DNA of 64,000 bases, taken from positions 63,984,001 through 64,048,000 of the forward strand of contig OX597828.1 of the NCBI GenBank assembly GCA_951406725.2, in the 5' to 3' direction. Source of the stretch: Octopus vulgaris (Eukaryota). The notes beneath the pieces were generated by a model. The model was not told where the DNA came from. It searched no databases and was given only the letters and a program-made list of their open reading frames with translations. Position 1 is the stretch's first letter. Each line of letters opens with the position of its first letter. Of this stretch, positions 40,700 through 54,628 are shown one piece after another. The position numbers and the translations under genes are program-made.

Positions 40700-41200
40700 G
40701 TATTAAATACATCATGTTCTGCATCATATCAATTGATGTGGTATATTATCATCTGATGCAGTATACCATGTGATACGGTGATATGGTATATCATGTTGTG
40801 TGATATATCTTATCCTATACACTGACGTGATGCACTCTATGGCGTATCATATTCTGAGATATCACATTTTCTGTGCTGAATCCTATGATGTATCATATGT
40901 TTATAGTATACAAAGGCGTATCGTGTCTTGAATGTAGCCTAGCATATCATGCGATATACCATGTGATGTATCCTGTCCTATCATGTGACGTGGCGTATCA
41001 TATACTACAGTGGTGTATCATCTTCCCGTTTATCATGTGATGAGATGTGCCATGTGATGTATTATATGCTGTAGTATATGGCTTGATGTATCCTGTGCTG
41101 CAGGGCATCATGTAACGTAATGCATTATGGGATATGTTATATCTTGTTCGTTGTGCATTCATGTAATGTGTTGTATCATACGATGCGTTGTATCATATAA
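40700..41200. repeat. Degenerate short-period tandem repeat (TATCATGTGATG-like)
   Basis: Recurrent (G)TATCAT/TACCAT-GTGATG motifs across about 500 bp. Confidence 0.7.
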
Positions 41201-41845
41201 TCTAGAGGATTATCTTCTTTATTTTTGTTTCCCTTGCATAATTCTGTCGATCCAATCTTTGATTGATAATCGAATCGATAACACGATTCTCCTCGGAAAG
41301 AAGAATCGAACCACGAAGAACGATATCTATTCGCTAATAAACGAGACCGAACTGTAAAATTTGACCCTTAATTTTAATCACCCCAACGCTAGACATCTAA
41401 CTGGACCTTTCGATTATGTGAAAGACCTACCTAAGTGAGACCATTCTTCTACACCGTTGAGTCATGGGTGGAATCGAACTGGTGACTGCGAGGAATGGTC
41501 TTCAGGTTTTCACAGTTTTCCTGCTGTTTATTGCTATAAAATACCAAACTGCAGATTATTAAGATAGACTTTACTAAACTGTTGCCTTTTGGTACTGATG
41601 CTGTTATTTAACCCCAAGTCATGCCTGATCGAGTAGATCAACCATGATCATTCGTCTTTTTGTTCCCAGATTGGTACTATCTTGAACTACGGTAGTTTTT
41701 AGTAGAATACGTAGTTATTTTACAATAATAAGGCTGACAAGGAATCGGAAGTTTCGGATTGTTCACCTTTGTCAGACAGTTTGACTAAGGTGGTTAGGCC
41801 GAAATATCGTACTCGCTGTTAACCATTTAATTGCAAAAGTTTAAC

Positions 41846-41892
<47 letters not shown>

Positions 41893-41912
41893 AAATGCCT
41901 GAAGTAACAGAA

Positions 41913-41966
41913 GATCATATGATCATAAGATCATATGATCATAAGATCATAAGATCATATGATCAT
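41913..41966. repeat. 8-bp tandem repeat GATCATA[T/A], about 6.75 copies
   Basis: gatcatat gatcataa gatcatat gatcataa gatcataa gatcatat gatcat. Confidence 0.95.
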
Positions 41967-42553
41967 GTGTCAGGCAAACTCTTTGGTGAAAAGAGACAAC
42001 TATTTTACCATTTTGCCAATTTTGTATGTATTGTTTGGTATTTCAAGAAAAGTGCAGTAAAAAACAATGTAAAGAATTCTGTATTGTTCTATTTTATTTC
42101 GATATTCTTTATTTCTTGTTAATCTTCAAAAAATAAGAGCAAAAAAACAAAAAACAAGACACGGTATCATATCTATTATTTGGTAACGATATAAATGCAT
42201 TTATTTTTATTGACGAGATAGAAAATAGAAGAAAATAAATGCAGGGATACACCCAGATAAATTTACAACAAAGTTCTTTTGTTATTGATATATTTATTCA
42301 AACACTTTAGTGATGGAGATATCTTGATGATGGCAAATGTCAAATGGGGAACGTAACAACACTGGAGAGAGAAGATAACAAAAGTGGATTATTTGTCTGT
42401 TTAAAACAATTGCTTAATTGAGATACAGTGATATGAGGCTATTCATCTCATGACAACTGTTTCTATCTAAGTCATCCGTATTATATACATGTTTATTTAT
42501 GAAAGTGCATATTATATACATGCATGCATATATATATATATATATATATTCAT

Positions 42554-42591
<38 letters not shown>

Positions 42592-42982
42592 CGTAAATAT
42601 GATATATATACGATATATATATATATTATCTATGATATATATAACATTACATATATAAATAAATATAAGTACGTATAGAATTCTAATATATGCATGTATA
42701 CACAATATATAATATCATATGTGTGTATGTGTGTGAGCAAAATAAATATGTATACGGTATGTATAATATATAAAATTATATATATGTAAGAATAGATATT
42801 ACAAAAAATATATAAGATACTATATATATTTGCATATTTACTATATATAGTATATGATACACATGCATGATATAGTATTATATACATGTGTATATAGAAA
42901 GACAAAGGCACACACATACGCACACAAAACTGCACTTAGTGAAAATATATGCAGGTATGCATATATATATGTGTGTGTGTTA

Positions 42983-43036
<54 letters not shown>

Positions 43037-43323
43037 TGAAAGATACATTCCTATTTTGAAGAATACGAAATTGTTTATTTGTCTGGTTTCTCATGTTTTC
43101 TTCTCTGCTTATCAAAGACCTCTTGTTACATTGTTTAGGATCAGTTGATACTGGAATCGGTAAATAAAGAAAATAGACAAACTCTTCTAGCTTTTCACGC
43201 TGCCAGGCCAAACCCTGATACTGCCGTCTATTTTAGACATTTTGAACAAATGTTTCGTTGTATTTATTTTGTATCTTTCAACTCTAAGGCTTTGGTCATT
43301 CTGGTTCACTATCATTATATATA

Positions 43324-43703
43324 GGCGCTGCCGTGGCTGTGTGGTATGAAGCTTGCTTCCCTGCCACATGGTGCCGGGTTCAGTCCCGCTGCGTGGCACC
43401 TTGGGCAAGTGTCTTCTACTATAGCCTCGGGCTGACCAAAGCCTTGTAGGTGGATGTGGTAGGCGGAAAGTGAAAGAAGCCCGTCGTATGTATGTATATA
43501 TGTGTGTGTGTGTGTTTGTATCCGTGTTTGTTCCCTCCACCATCGCTTAGTAACCGATGTTGGTGTGCTTACGTCCTCTTAGCGGTTCATCAAGAAGAAT
43601 CCGATACAATAGGCACCAGGCTTACAAAGAGTAATTCCAGTGGTAGATTTCTTAGATTAAAGGCGGTGCTCCAGCATGACTGCAGTCAAATGACTGAAAC
43701 AAG
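43324..43703 (+). mobile_element. Near full-length SINE family A (tRNA-derived, CORE-like, CR1-tailed)
   Basis: A box TGGCTGTGTGG (43334-43344), B box GGTTCAGTCCC (43377-43387), CORE-like CACCTTGGGCAAGTGTCTT, internal (TG)n, and 3' GGCGGTGCTCCAGCATG..CAGTCAAATGACTGAAACAAGT shared with the CR1 3' UTR. Confidence 0.9.
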
Positions 43704-43745
<42 letters not shown>

Positions 43746-43860
43746 TTTTATACGTTTCAGCTCAAAGGCTATGGCCATGCCAGGTCAGCATCATTATATG
43801 TATGTATGTGTGCGTATGTATGTATGTGTGTATGTATGTATGTATGTATGTATGTATATT

Positions 43861-43892
<32 letters not shown>

Positions 43893-43934
43893 TGTATGTA
43901 TGTATGTATGTATGTATGTATGTATGTATGTATG

Positions 43935-44003
<69 letters not shown>

Positions 44004-44037
44004 ACAACAACAGAATGAATGAGATCTCGATATTATG

Positions 44038-44160
44038 TAAATAGAGGAATTTATCTGAATATAATATGTGACAATTATTCGGTTGCCATAATAAAACTCC
44101 GTGTTTCAGATGTTGAGACGGAAATCTGCTCCGGCATCTCGTCAGTTATTAAGACAAACA
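44038..44160 (-). mobile_element. Penelope-like fragment with a hammerhead remnant (44094-44148)
   Basis: Minus strand TAA-CTGACGA-GATG...CATC-T-GAAA-CACGGAG-TT-TTA. Both core boxes are intact, stem II is long, and stem III is mismatched. Confidence 0.5.
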
Positions 44161-44253
44161 AAAATGCTATGAAAATGCTATGAAAATGATCGCTTAACAA
44201 TTGAATTGTCACATATTATGTGTGTGTGTATATATATACATACATATATACAT

Positions 44254-44309
<56 letters not shown>

Positions 44310-44828
44310 TTGTATCAATCGACTTCAGTCATCCACGAAACTCTCGGCCCTTGAGTCACTTCGTAATTCCTGCCAATTAGAATTACTCGTCATGTATGCA
44401 TATATACTCGTGCACTAAGTTCCCTCTTCCTGTTTCTTCGATCAAACACACACAAACACGCTCACACACATATATATGTTCTCTGCTTTACAACACGAAA
44501 TGAATTTGGTGATATTTAGTAGGAATATTATTTAAAAGTAAAATCATTATGTTTTATTGTGTCTGGGAGGGTCATTCACCTATAGTTCTTTATTACTTAA
44601 CACACTGGTTCGATTTCCACTCATTTATTAAAAAAAAAACAACTGAACATTCGTTTCGTCTTGCATCCTCTTCATTTTTATGTTATCTTTTACTTTTGTT
44701 GTTGTTGTGTATTTCGCGGCTGCTGCTGATTACTATTACGTCACATCAAACAAACCAATAAGAACATCAAACCATTTCTTGCGACACACGCATCTGAGTG
44801 TGTTGCGGACTCTATAGTCCAGTGTATC

Positions 44829-44948
44829 GACCCCAGTGCGTAAATTAAGTACCAGTTACGCACTGGGGTCGATGTAGTCGACTTAATCCGTTTGTCTGTC
44901 CTTGTTTGTCTCCTCTGTGTTTAGCCGCTTGTGGGTAGTAAAGAAATA
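44829..44948 (+). mobile_element. Short SINE family B 3' fragment with 5' inverted duplication and 16-bp TSD
   Basis: TATAGTCCAGTGTATC at 44813-44828 and 44949-44964. The body matches 40400-40517. Confidence 0.88.
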
Positions 44949-45744
44949 TATAGTCCAGTGTATCCCAGTGTCTTTCTTTTTCTGAAGACAGGGTGGGAGA
45001 AATGAGGGTGAATTGGTTGTTATTTTTAGTATCATACAAAGTAGTGGTCTAGTTTATCTAAAGATACCATGAAAATGACAGACTTTGGATTTTCATAAAA
45101 ACGTCACCTGAGGTTCTATGAAAGGCTCCGACTGAAGACATCTTTAAATAGGCATCTGGAGTAAAGAAGATTTTCGCAACTGTGTACCAAAAGGAATTAC
45201 GAAAGGGTGAAAGCTTATCTTGTAAGTCTGTAGATAAAGGTACGACGAAAGATAACCAGCCTGATTGATTGCAAATATGCATGATATGGAAGCATGAAAG
45301 TGATGAAATCTATGATTATCGTAACACGTTAATAGATAATCCTGAAAGTCGTTTGTTGTGTAATTAATTCTGAAGTTAAAGTGGGTTTTCTTAGGTTGTC
45401 CTGCTGAATCAAAAATTAGAGACATCAGGAGTTAGGCTGAAGACAAAAGATTCTCCGGGTTAAATTGATGTAGAAAGGGTTTATCAGAACATAAAGGTTT
45501 TCCAATATCACACAAGGCAGAATAACGCCATAGCATATATATATATAAATAAAAGTAAATACATATAGTAAGTACAGATATGTGCGTGTACATATGTATG
45601 TGTTCATGCATATATCGTGTATATGATTCATTTCTATTTATGGTGTTATGTATTAGTTAGTGCTAACTAGTATTGCATTACACGTTGCACAATCAGGCAT
45701 TCCAGATCAACCACTCATCACTCAGATATTGTATACATACATGC

Positions 45745-45794
<50 letters not shown>

Positions 45795-46487
45795 TATACA
45801 TATATGATATATGGTATATATATACGTATATGCATATGCATACACATACACAAGTACATACACACAGATACACACACACACACATATATATATATACATG
45901 CATATATAATTCCCACATACATACATACACGCACACATATACATGTATATATGTTATATGTACATATATATATATACACACATTTATATACATATACATA
46001 TATATACATGTATATACATATATATACATATATATATACATATATACATGTATATATACATATATATACATATGTATATACATATATATACATATATATA
46101 TATATACATGTATATATATGTTATACATACATATATATATATATACATATATGTTATACATATATATATATACATATATATATATATATGTATATATGTA
46201 TGCATGTATATTGATATATAAGCCTCCTATGTCAGCTCTATCTTGAGTTTCAAGTTCGTAACGCGCATTTTTTAAGCAATCCGATCAACCATCCACGTCC
46301 GATACTATTCAAGAAATCTACCTTTGCTTATATTTTCGCCTAAATAACAAGACACGGTAACTTTTATTGTTCTCGATTTCTACAAATAAGCCGCTGTTTA
46401 TCATGTAGAGGGCTACATACATCCTATACAAAAATCCATACTCATATGTATATAATAGCAGACGTTATACGAAACTCGATCACAATA

Positions 46488-46552
<65 letters not shown>

Positions 46553-46570
46553 CAATCTGTAACACACAAA

Positions 46571-46618
<48 letters not shown>

Positions 46619-47895
46619 CATCTATATTAATTTTAAGATACAGTTAATAAGTCGCCGTGTTGAAAACCATGGCGGTGTATTTGGGCAGTTCTTAAGACGT
46701 GGATAAACCCAACCCGTTTCTGTGCAGATCTAACTAAAGCCAATTGTTTCCTTAAGGAGAGATCTACAGACTCGCAAAATGGAGTACGAAACAGGTGGAG
46801 AATCGACAAGAATACAGGAGTGGTACTTTATTTATCAAACCCGAAAAGATGGAAGAGAAGTCCTCTTGTCCTAGATTGGTGCCGTTGTACTATTTTTTTT
46901 CTTTTCGATCTGGAAATGATGAAAGGCAAAGTTGAGTTCAGCCGGATATGAACTCATGGTGCAGCGACTCAGCAGTGTTACTAAATGGGACTCTTTAACG
47001 ACGTTGCCAATTGTCCAACTTTTCGTAATATTATTTAGAACACTAAACAACAACAACAACAAATCGCTGATTCATAAGTTCATTTCGAAATACTGAGGAA
47101 CGAAATCAATGAAATAATTGAAATGTAACGTTTTCTTTTTATTCATTATTGACAAAATTGATCGAAAACAGCATTTAATATTGTATTCTGTCGAGGATGA
47201 TGACAACAGCTGAACAGATGACGATTGAACAGTAACGAAAGATGCCTCAAATAAGAGCGTTTTTAATATTTGAAGAGTGTGTCTCGGACTGTTGAAAAAT
47301 GGAGGTGCAAGTCAGAAGATAAAATGCAATCTAATCGGCCATTTATGAAGCAATTCATAAAGAGAAGAAAAAAAGAATTGAATCAAACGTTTTCACAATA
47401 TTTAAAATAAAACCATTGAAGTTCCTTTACATGTGTTGTGTATATAATTCCGATTTAGGTCTTAAGTCTCTCATTAATCCACATAAGTACGAAGCTTAAC
47501 ACGGTTTCTATGGTGTATTAAGATGACTGGGATTATCCCTTTCCCGTACGGGACTGTAGATACCATTTACATTCAGTGGGGTGTGTTGTAACCTGTTTAC
47601 ACGCTATACACTGAATATATTGAAAGAATACGAAACAATGGTTTGAATATTTATTTTTGTATGAATTTTCAAGCGACAATTTCTTTTTGTGGGTGTGGGA
47701 TTTAGGAAATTTCATAAATTAATAATTATACAAGTCTTGACATAAATTTTGCGATTCTACATCTATTTGAATGCTACGGTATTGATGTGGCTTGCAATGC
47801 ATGACTCGTAATTATCTGACCCTACACAACATCAACAGCACTTAGGAATAGTATTCTATTGAGCACTTATTGACTCAGATTTATACAAGTGAATA

Positions 47896-47964
<69 letters not shown>

Positions 47965-47967
<3 letters not shown>

Positions 47968-48148
47968 GGTCCCGGGTTGAGTCGGGGTTAACCACAGTAA
48001 ATAAGGTACTCAATACATAGCAGAGTAAATTAAGTTATTATATAGAAGGAGCTTCTACAGGACTAGAACTGTTCCATTCAAAAGAAATCATCAGGAAGCT
48101 TCCTGATGATTTCTTTTGAATGAAACAGTTCTAGTCCTGTAGAAGCTC

Positions 48149-48156
<8 letters not shown>
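47965..48156. mobile_element. Penelope-like terminal fragment with head-to-head inverted repeat (48041-48156) inside (TA)n
   Basis: About 57-bp arms centred on GGAAGCTTCC (48094-48103), each arm carrying a hammerhead motif. Minimal hammerheads and inverted partial terminal repeats are established hallmarks of Penelope-like elements. Confidence 0.7.
48097..48147 (+). ncRNA. Type I hammerhead ribozyme motif
   Basis: Stem I AGCTTC/GAAGCT; core CTGATGA (48103-48109); stem II TTC-TTTT-GAA with a U·U instead of the usual R-Y closing pair; GAAA (48122-48125); stem III ACAG/CTGT; cleavage triplet GTA with predicted cut after 48141. Confidence 0.75.
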
Positions 48157-48180
<24 letters not shown>

Positions 48181-48185
<5 letters not shown>

Positions 48186-48380
48186 ATCCAATTATGAACA
48201 AGCAAGAAAAAACAACAACGCGAGGGCGTGGTACAAGTACTGTGTTATTGGATGCTCAGGAAAGGAAAGAAAGAAAGAGGATTTCACGTGTCGAGCGGAG
48301 CTCTTCATCAGAAATATAAAAAAAAGTCCAAAGAAGGGAAGACGGAGAAAGAAAATCGCCAGCGAGACACACGCGGTCCT
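48181..48380 (-). mobile_element. Penelope-like fragment with a mutated hammerhead (48281-48315)
   Basis: Minus strand ATTT-CTGATGA-A-GAGC-TCC-GCTC-GACA-CG-TG-AAAT. Its left part (CAACAACGCGAGGGCGTGG...GTGTTATTGGATGCTCA) recurs at 18480-18550. Confidence 0.6.
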
Positions 48381-48617
48381 GGTACTTCGTCAATTGAGGC
48401 GACTAGTGTCCCAGACACGTGTACCCTTAACATAGATCTTAAAGAAACTCAGCATGACACAGAATGGGACAAGTTTGGACTTCTGAAATACAAGCACGAC
48501 TCATTTTTGCCAACTGAGTGGACTGGAGCAACATGATATAAAGTCTCTTGCTCAAGGACAGACGTGCTGTCAAGAATCGAACTCACGATTTAACGAATAC
48601 CTTCAGTACTAAGCCTT
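48381..48617 (-). mobile_element. SINE family C copy
   Basis: Homologous to 37797-38047. Minus-strand B-box-like GAGTTCGATTC at about 48575-48585. Confidence 0.75.
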
Positions 48618-48716
48618 CACACATACACACACATATATACTAAGGTATGTGTAGATGTATACAGAATTATAAATGCATATATATATCTACATACATATAC
48701 ACATCTATCTGTCTAC

Positions 48717-48817
<101 letters not shown>

Positions 48818-49143
48818 CATCTATCTACAAGGAGAGAGAAAGATATAGAGACAGAGAGACAGAGAGAGAAAAGAGAAAGGGAGAGATTGAGAGGGAGATA
48901 TGGACGGCTTTGAGAAAAATGAGGCATACCCTGGTTCTACATCTCTCACCACTCCCCTTCCTACTCCCACACAAACCCCTTTCTCTACATCTTTCTCGAC
49001 TCTTCCCCCCCCTCCATTTATTCCTTCTCTCCACCTTCATCCCAACTCATCTGTACTTTTCTCTCTTCGCACTAATGTTTATTCCATTTTTACCTGGTAT
49101 TTATATTTTTAAAGGATGTTCCACATCTGCTTCTCTTTAGCGG

Positions 49144-49229
<86 letters not shown>

Positions 49230-49380
49230 TACGCACGCATATATACGTATATAAATATATACTTACATACACATATATATACATATGCGTGTTCATATGC
49301 GTATCTATGTATATTTAATAAATTCATGCGTGCGTTTATGTGTGTAAAAATATATACCTATGTATCTACTGTATAATAAC

Positions 49381-49453
<73 letters not shown>

Positions 49454-49473
49454 GCGTGTGTGTGCTGTGTGTG

Positions 49474-49535
<62 letters not shown>

Positions 49536-49917
49536 CACATACATATATATTTATGCATACATATATAGATACGTGAATATATATATATATATATATATAC
49601 CTACATATATGTATATACGTACTTATGCATGCATACACACGCACACACAAACATACATACGTACGTATATATATATATATATAGATATGTATACATTAAT
49701 AAGTACATATAAGTACACACACCTACGCTCGCGCGCACGCATAGCATTTCCCCACACATGAAAACAGCTAGCTTTTAACTTCCCTGCTGTTCGGAGTCAT
49801 TTGCCTCTGGACAGGGACAATACGATCTCTAGATTTCCTTCTCATCCGAACAACTCTGAGTTGCGGCAAAAGGAAACCCAGCTGTTTGAAAAAATCAATC
49901 ATATACAAAATACATCG

Positions 49918-50066
49918 TTATGTTCCGAGTTCAAATTTCGCCCAGGTCGACTTTACCCCTTTTGGGGTTGATAAATTAAGTACCAGTTCAGTACTGGGGT
50001 CGATATAATCAACTGTCTCCCTCCCCCAAATGTCAGGCTTTGTACCTATAATAAAAGGGATTATTA
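49918..50066 (+). mobile_element. SINE family B copy
   Basis: GTTCCGAGTTCAAATTTCGCCCAGGTCGACTTTACCCCTTTTGGGGTTGATAAATTAAGTACCAG...CTGGGGTCGATATAATC. Further diverged copies at about 170-270, 11230-11330, 21380-21530, 46790-46960, 51410-51540, 53370-53820 and 59540-59910. Confidence 0.85.
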
Positions 50067-50083
50067 GGGTGGTCACTTCTTCC

Positions 50084-50331
50084 ATGTGGCTGTGTGGTAA
50101 GAAGTTTGCTTCCCAACCAGATAGTTCCCGGTTCACTCCCACTGCAAGGCACCTTAGACAAGTGTCTTCTAATATCACCTCGGGTTGGCGAAAAACCTGT
50201 TTCGATTTGTTAGACGGAAACTGAAAAAAGCCCCTCGTATATAAACACATTTGTGTGGTGTTTGTGCCTTTGGGTCTTTATGTGTCCTCCAATCACTGCT
50301 TGATAACCGATGCTGGTGTGTTTGCGTCACC
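50084..50331 (+). mobile_element. SINE family A, 5' two-thirds
   Basis: GTGGCTGTGTGGTAAGAAGTTTGCTTCCCAACC...CGGTTCACTCCC...CACCTTAGACAAGTGTCTTCT matches 43324-43570. Confidence 0.85.
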
Positions 50332-50673
50332 GAAGGAAAAGTGCCATACTTAAGAAAACGTGTAACAGCTGCAAGAAAGATGTGTGTGTGTGTGTGTGTG
50401 TTTATCTTTATAAGATGTCATGCAGCTAACCAACATCAACGATACCATAAACGAAATGTCTTTTTCGCGCCGTATTTATGAAGAGTCATAGAATGGTTTG
50501 CATATGAACCATCTTCCCCCATACAAATGACAATTCGAAGATTCTATGGACCCACTCCCTCTTACCCCACCAGACAGCCTACAATGAATCTGAAATTATT
50601 TCTGTGACAAGAAATATATTTGGACAAGAAAAATATTCTGATTTAGGACTTAATAATAACAACAACAACAACA

Positions 50674-51297
<624 letters not shown>

Positions 51298-51342
51298 GTA
51301 ATAATAATAATAATAATAGTAGTAGTAATAATAATAATAATG

Positions 51343-51399
<57 letters not shown>

Positions 51400-51840
51400 C
51401 ACATAAGATCGGCAATTGTCAGGGAAAGGGGTTAGTCGATAACATCAGCCTCAGTACTTGATAGCTACTTTACTTTATCAGCCCCGATAGATTGAAAGGT
51501 AAAAATGACATCGGCGGCATTTGAACTCGTAATGTTAAAATATGAATCCCATAAATCTATAATGCTGTGTCGAGTTTGACTGAAAATTCCAAGGATTTGC
51601 ATTTAAGACAACATAGCAATAATGGAATGTATTCCTTATCCAAGTGTTAATTCATACAGCGGGACTAATGCACAACTTCATCTCTGAAGACAGTGTTGAA
51701 TTACCTCGAAAGATGGCCATCGGTACGTTCAAGAAATGAATGATGATATATGTGTGCGTGTGTATTTGTGTCTTCTCTAAATTTATTCTGATTTCTTTGT
51801 GATGAATTAATTTGAAAACCGTATTGCATGCCACCAATTC

Positions 51841-51842
51841 AT

Positions 51843-51914
<72 letters not shown>

Positions 51915-52016
51915 CAGATAACCACCACTATTGCTGCTGCTGATGCTACTACTACTACTAATACTACTACCACCACCAGATAACCACCACTATTGCTACT
52001 GCTGATGCCGCTGCTG

Positions 52017-52050
<34 letters not shown>

Positions 52051-52082
52051 CAGATAACCACCACTATTGCTGCTGATGATGC

Positions 52083-52118
<36 letters not shown>

Positions 52119-52260
52119 CAGATAACCACCACTATTGCCGCTGCTGATGCTACAACTACTACTACTACTACTACCACCACCACCACCACCACCACATCAT
52201 CACCACCATTGCTGCTACTGCTACTACTACAACTACTAGTACTGCTACTACTGCTGCTGC
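51841..52260. repeat. Compound (CTA)n microsatellite with four higher-order units
   Basis: CCAGATAACCACCACTATTGC(T/C)... at 51914, 51976, 52050 and 52118, separated by variable (CTA)n/(CCA)n. Confidence 0.9.
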
Positions 52261-54414
52261 AGAGGACGTTGATGATGATGACGACGACAACGTTGACGAT
52301 GACGATGATTACAATGATGATGTCGCGGCAACGACGACGACTATGACAATGATGATGATGATGATGATGATGATGATTGTGGTGATGTTAATAACATATG
52401 TGAGAAGGAAATAATAGACTTATTGGATTCGACCCCCACCCATTCCCGATACATGACTGCTACTTGTAAAATAGAAGGACGACCCTTGCCATTCTGAGAC
52501 ATTCCCTTGGTTCGATGATCTACCGTTGTAATTCGAAGAATATAAAAGACGAAAATGGAGAAACGAAGAATATGTTGAAGATCAAAAATTCCTTCATAGA
52601 ACTGGAGGAATGATAAATGAGATGCTATGGTGTTCATTCTTTCCCTAAAACATAAGTATAGCCAAGAGATATTCAGCATTGGCATCGCTACAGAAATATT
52701 TAAAATTATTTGTGGCTCAAAGAAAGAATTTGAGGCTGGAACTTATCAGGATTTTAAAGGTGCTTAAGATGAGAGTACAAGACTATTCCACCCTGAACAG
52801 GGCGCCTCACTATCGCAGGGTCAACCTCTTCAGATATTACTGATACCTAGTTCTATCTGTTACAACATGAAATAAAGATGTCTCATTAAAGGGGATATTT
52901 AACGGTCGTGAACCCCACGTCATTATCCTTGGGTCACATGTGTCCAGCAAAGAGGAGGCGCTTTTTTATTAGATTTTATTCTTTGTGTGATTCCCTCAGG
53001 TGAGGAAGTGCAGCCGCCATTTTTTTTACTTTTTCAAGACTCAGCTACATTTTGAGGGAAGGGGCAAAAGTTTACCTCGGATCGATGATCTTCTTCGAAA
53101 CGTTGCATGTAAGTAGACTTTGATAAAGTCACCTAAGGCAGGTGTTAAACCGAGCAATCGATAGATTATCAATCAATTCAATCAATAGATATCCTAAACA
53201 TACTAGTTTGACAGGAGGCTTGACATATCGTCTGCTTCTATAATCACCTTTTCCTTATTATTTCAAAGACCCAAGTAGATTCCCAAATTAGAAGACATTG
53301 TATAATTAATTCCATTAATGTGGCGAAAAATAACACTGCATAGATACACGAATACACTAGATTTTGTATTCAAATCCTGTCAGAGCCGACTATAGTTCAT
53401 ATACCCTATTATCTTTGGGTTTATTGAGGCAGAAAATTAGCAGACTCATCAGAACGGAAGAGAAATGAATTACAGAATGTGTTTTCTTTTCTACATTGGG
53501 ATTTCAAATTCCTTTCATTTCCCTGAGTTCGATGAAATAACAGTCAAGTCGTGGGGGTTACTCTACCCCTCCCCAATTTCCCTAAAATTGATGGGCATTC
53601 TGTCCCAAATATGAAACGATTAATTTTATTGGCGATCCAGCAGAATTCTTAAGCCGCCTTTCTTTCGTCTCTTTACATTCTATGTTTAATTCCCGCTAAT
53701 GTCAACGTTGCCTTTTTATTTTTTGGGGGTTCGATAAACTAAATTACAATTCAAATAATCGATTAACCCACTTCCCTCAAAATTTCTGACATTCTACGAA
53801 GACGAGAAAGAATCATTATTATTACTACGACTAACATTAGTTATTGGTCTTCTTATTGACTTTACTAAGTTGCTGAAGACTTGGTTTTTGGCTACTTTTC
53901 CACATATTTTTAGCTAAAACGTATTTTAATTATCTGCTGCGATGCTACATTTTAACTGGAGTTTAGCCCCCGAGGAATTGTTGAAATAGTCAGAGAGAAA
54001 AAAAAAAAAAAAAAAAAAAGCAACAGAGGAACCCTACTTTTTTGTCTCTTTTGTCAAAATCAGAAGGAAAATATTAAAACACCATTGAAAGCTAAAAATA
54101 AACGTCCGAAGGAGAAAAAACTCCACCAAATACAAAATAAATATATAAAAACGAATAAAATAAATATATAAAAACGAATAAAATAAATAATTAAAACTTC
54201 ATAATTAAAATTTATAAAAACAATTTTAAAATAGAATAATGTTAGATACATTTTGGAGGATTTAAAATAAAAGTAAAACGATACAAAACAAGTTATTAAA
54301 TTACTAATCAACTAATTAACTAACTGAATACATATATATATATGTAGCTATAAAAAGATTTCGAATATAGGAGGTCGTTTAAAGCAACGAAATCATTAAA
54401 ATGTGATAACTCAC

Positions 54415-54429
54415 CCTGACTTGAGTCAT
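54415..54429 (-). CDS. Candidate first coding segment (MTQVR) of the filamin-like gene
   Basis: AAAA-ATG ACT CAA GTC AGG|GTGAGT has a consensus donor in phase 0, matching the phase-0 acceptor at 2900. It is the first ATG downstream of a TCAGTT initiator at 54628-54623. No transcript evidence is available. Confidence 0.4.
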
Positions 54430-54622
54430 TTTTAAAAGAAAGGTTTGTTGCCAGTGGAAAAACGAAGTTGTTAGAGTTGGTAAGACGCAGAGGTCTGTGC
54501 TTTGATGTCAAGATAGGTAAACTTTTCTCAACTAAGCTACAACTTTTGATCGCTGGTTAATATATTGAATTACCAGAGAAAAAGACCTGCCTACTTCGCT
54601 AATGAGAACAATTGAAACGGGT

Positions 54623-54628
54623 AACTGA
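54623..54628 (-). promoter_or_regulatory. Candidate initiator element TCAGTT
   Basis: Matches the TCAKTY initiator consensus defined in Drosophila, about 195 nt upstream of the 54429 ATG with no intervening ATG. A hexamer can occur by chance. Confidence 0.3.

Noticed and set aside
41440-41500. B-box-like GTTCGATTC suggesting a tRNA gene
   Set aside because: No cloverleaf or acceptor stem; at most a decayed SINE head. SINE heads elsewhere were also not called as tRNAs.
51914-52150. Repeat-spacer pattern resembling a CRISPR array
   Set aside because: The spacers are (CTA)n microsatellite rather than unique sequence, the context is eukaryotic, and there are no cas genes. The same applies to 24856-25220.
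54135-54180. 23-bp direct duplication AAATAAATATATAAAAACGAATA
   Set aside because: Simple local slippage in A-rich DNA with no further structure.
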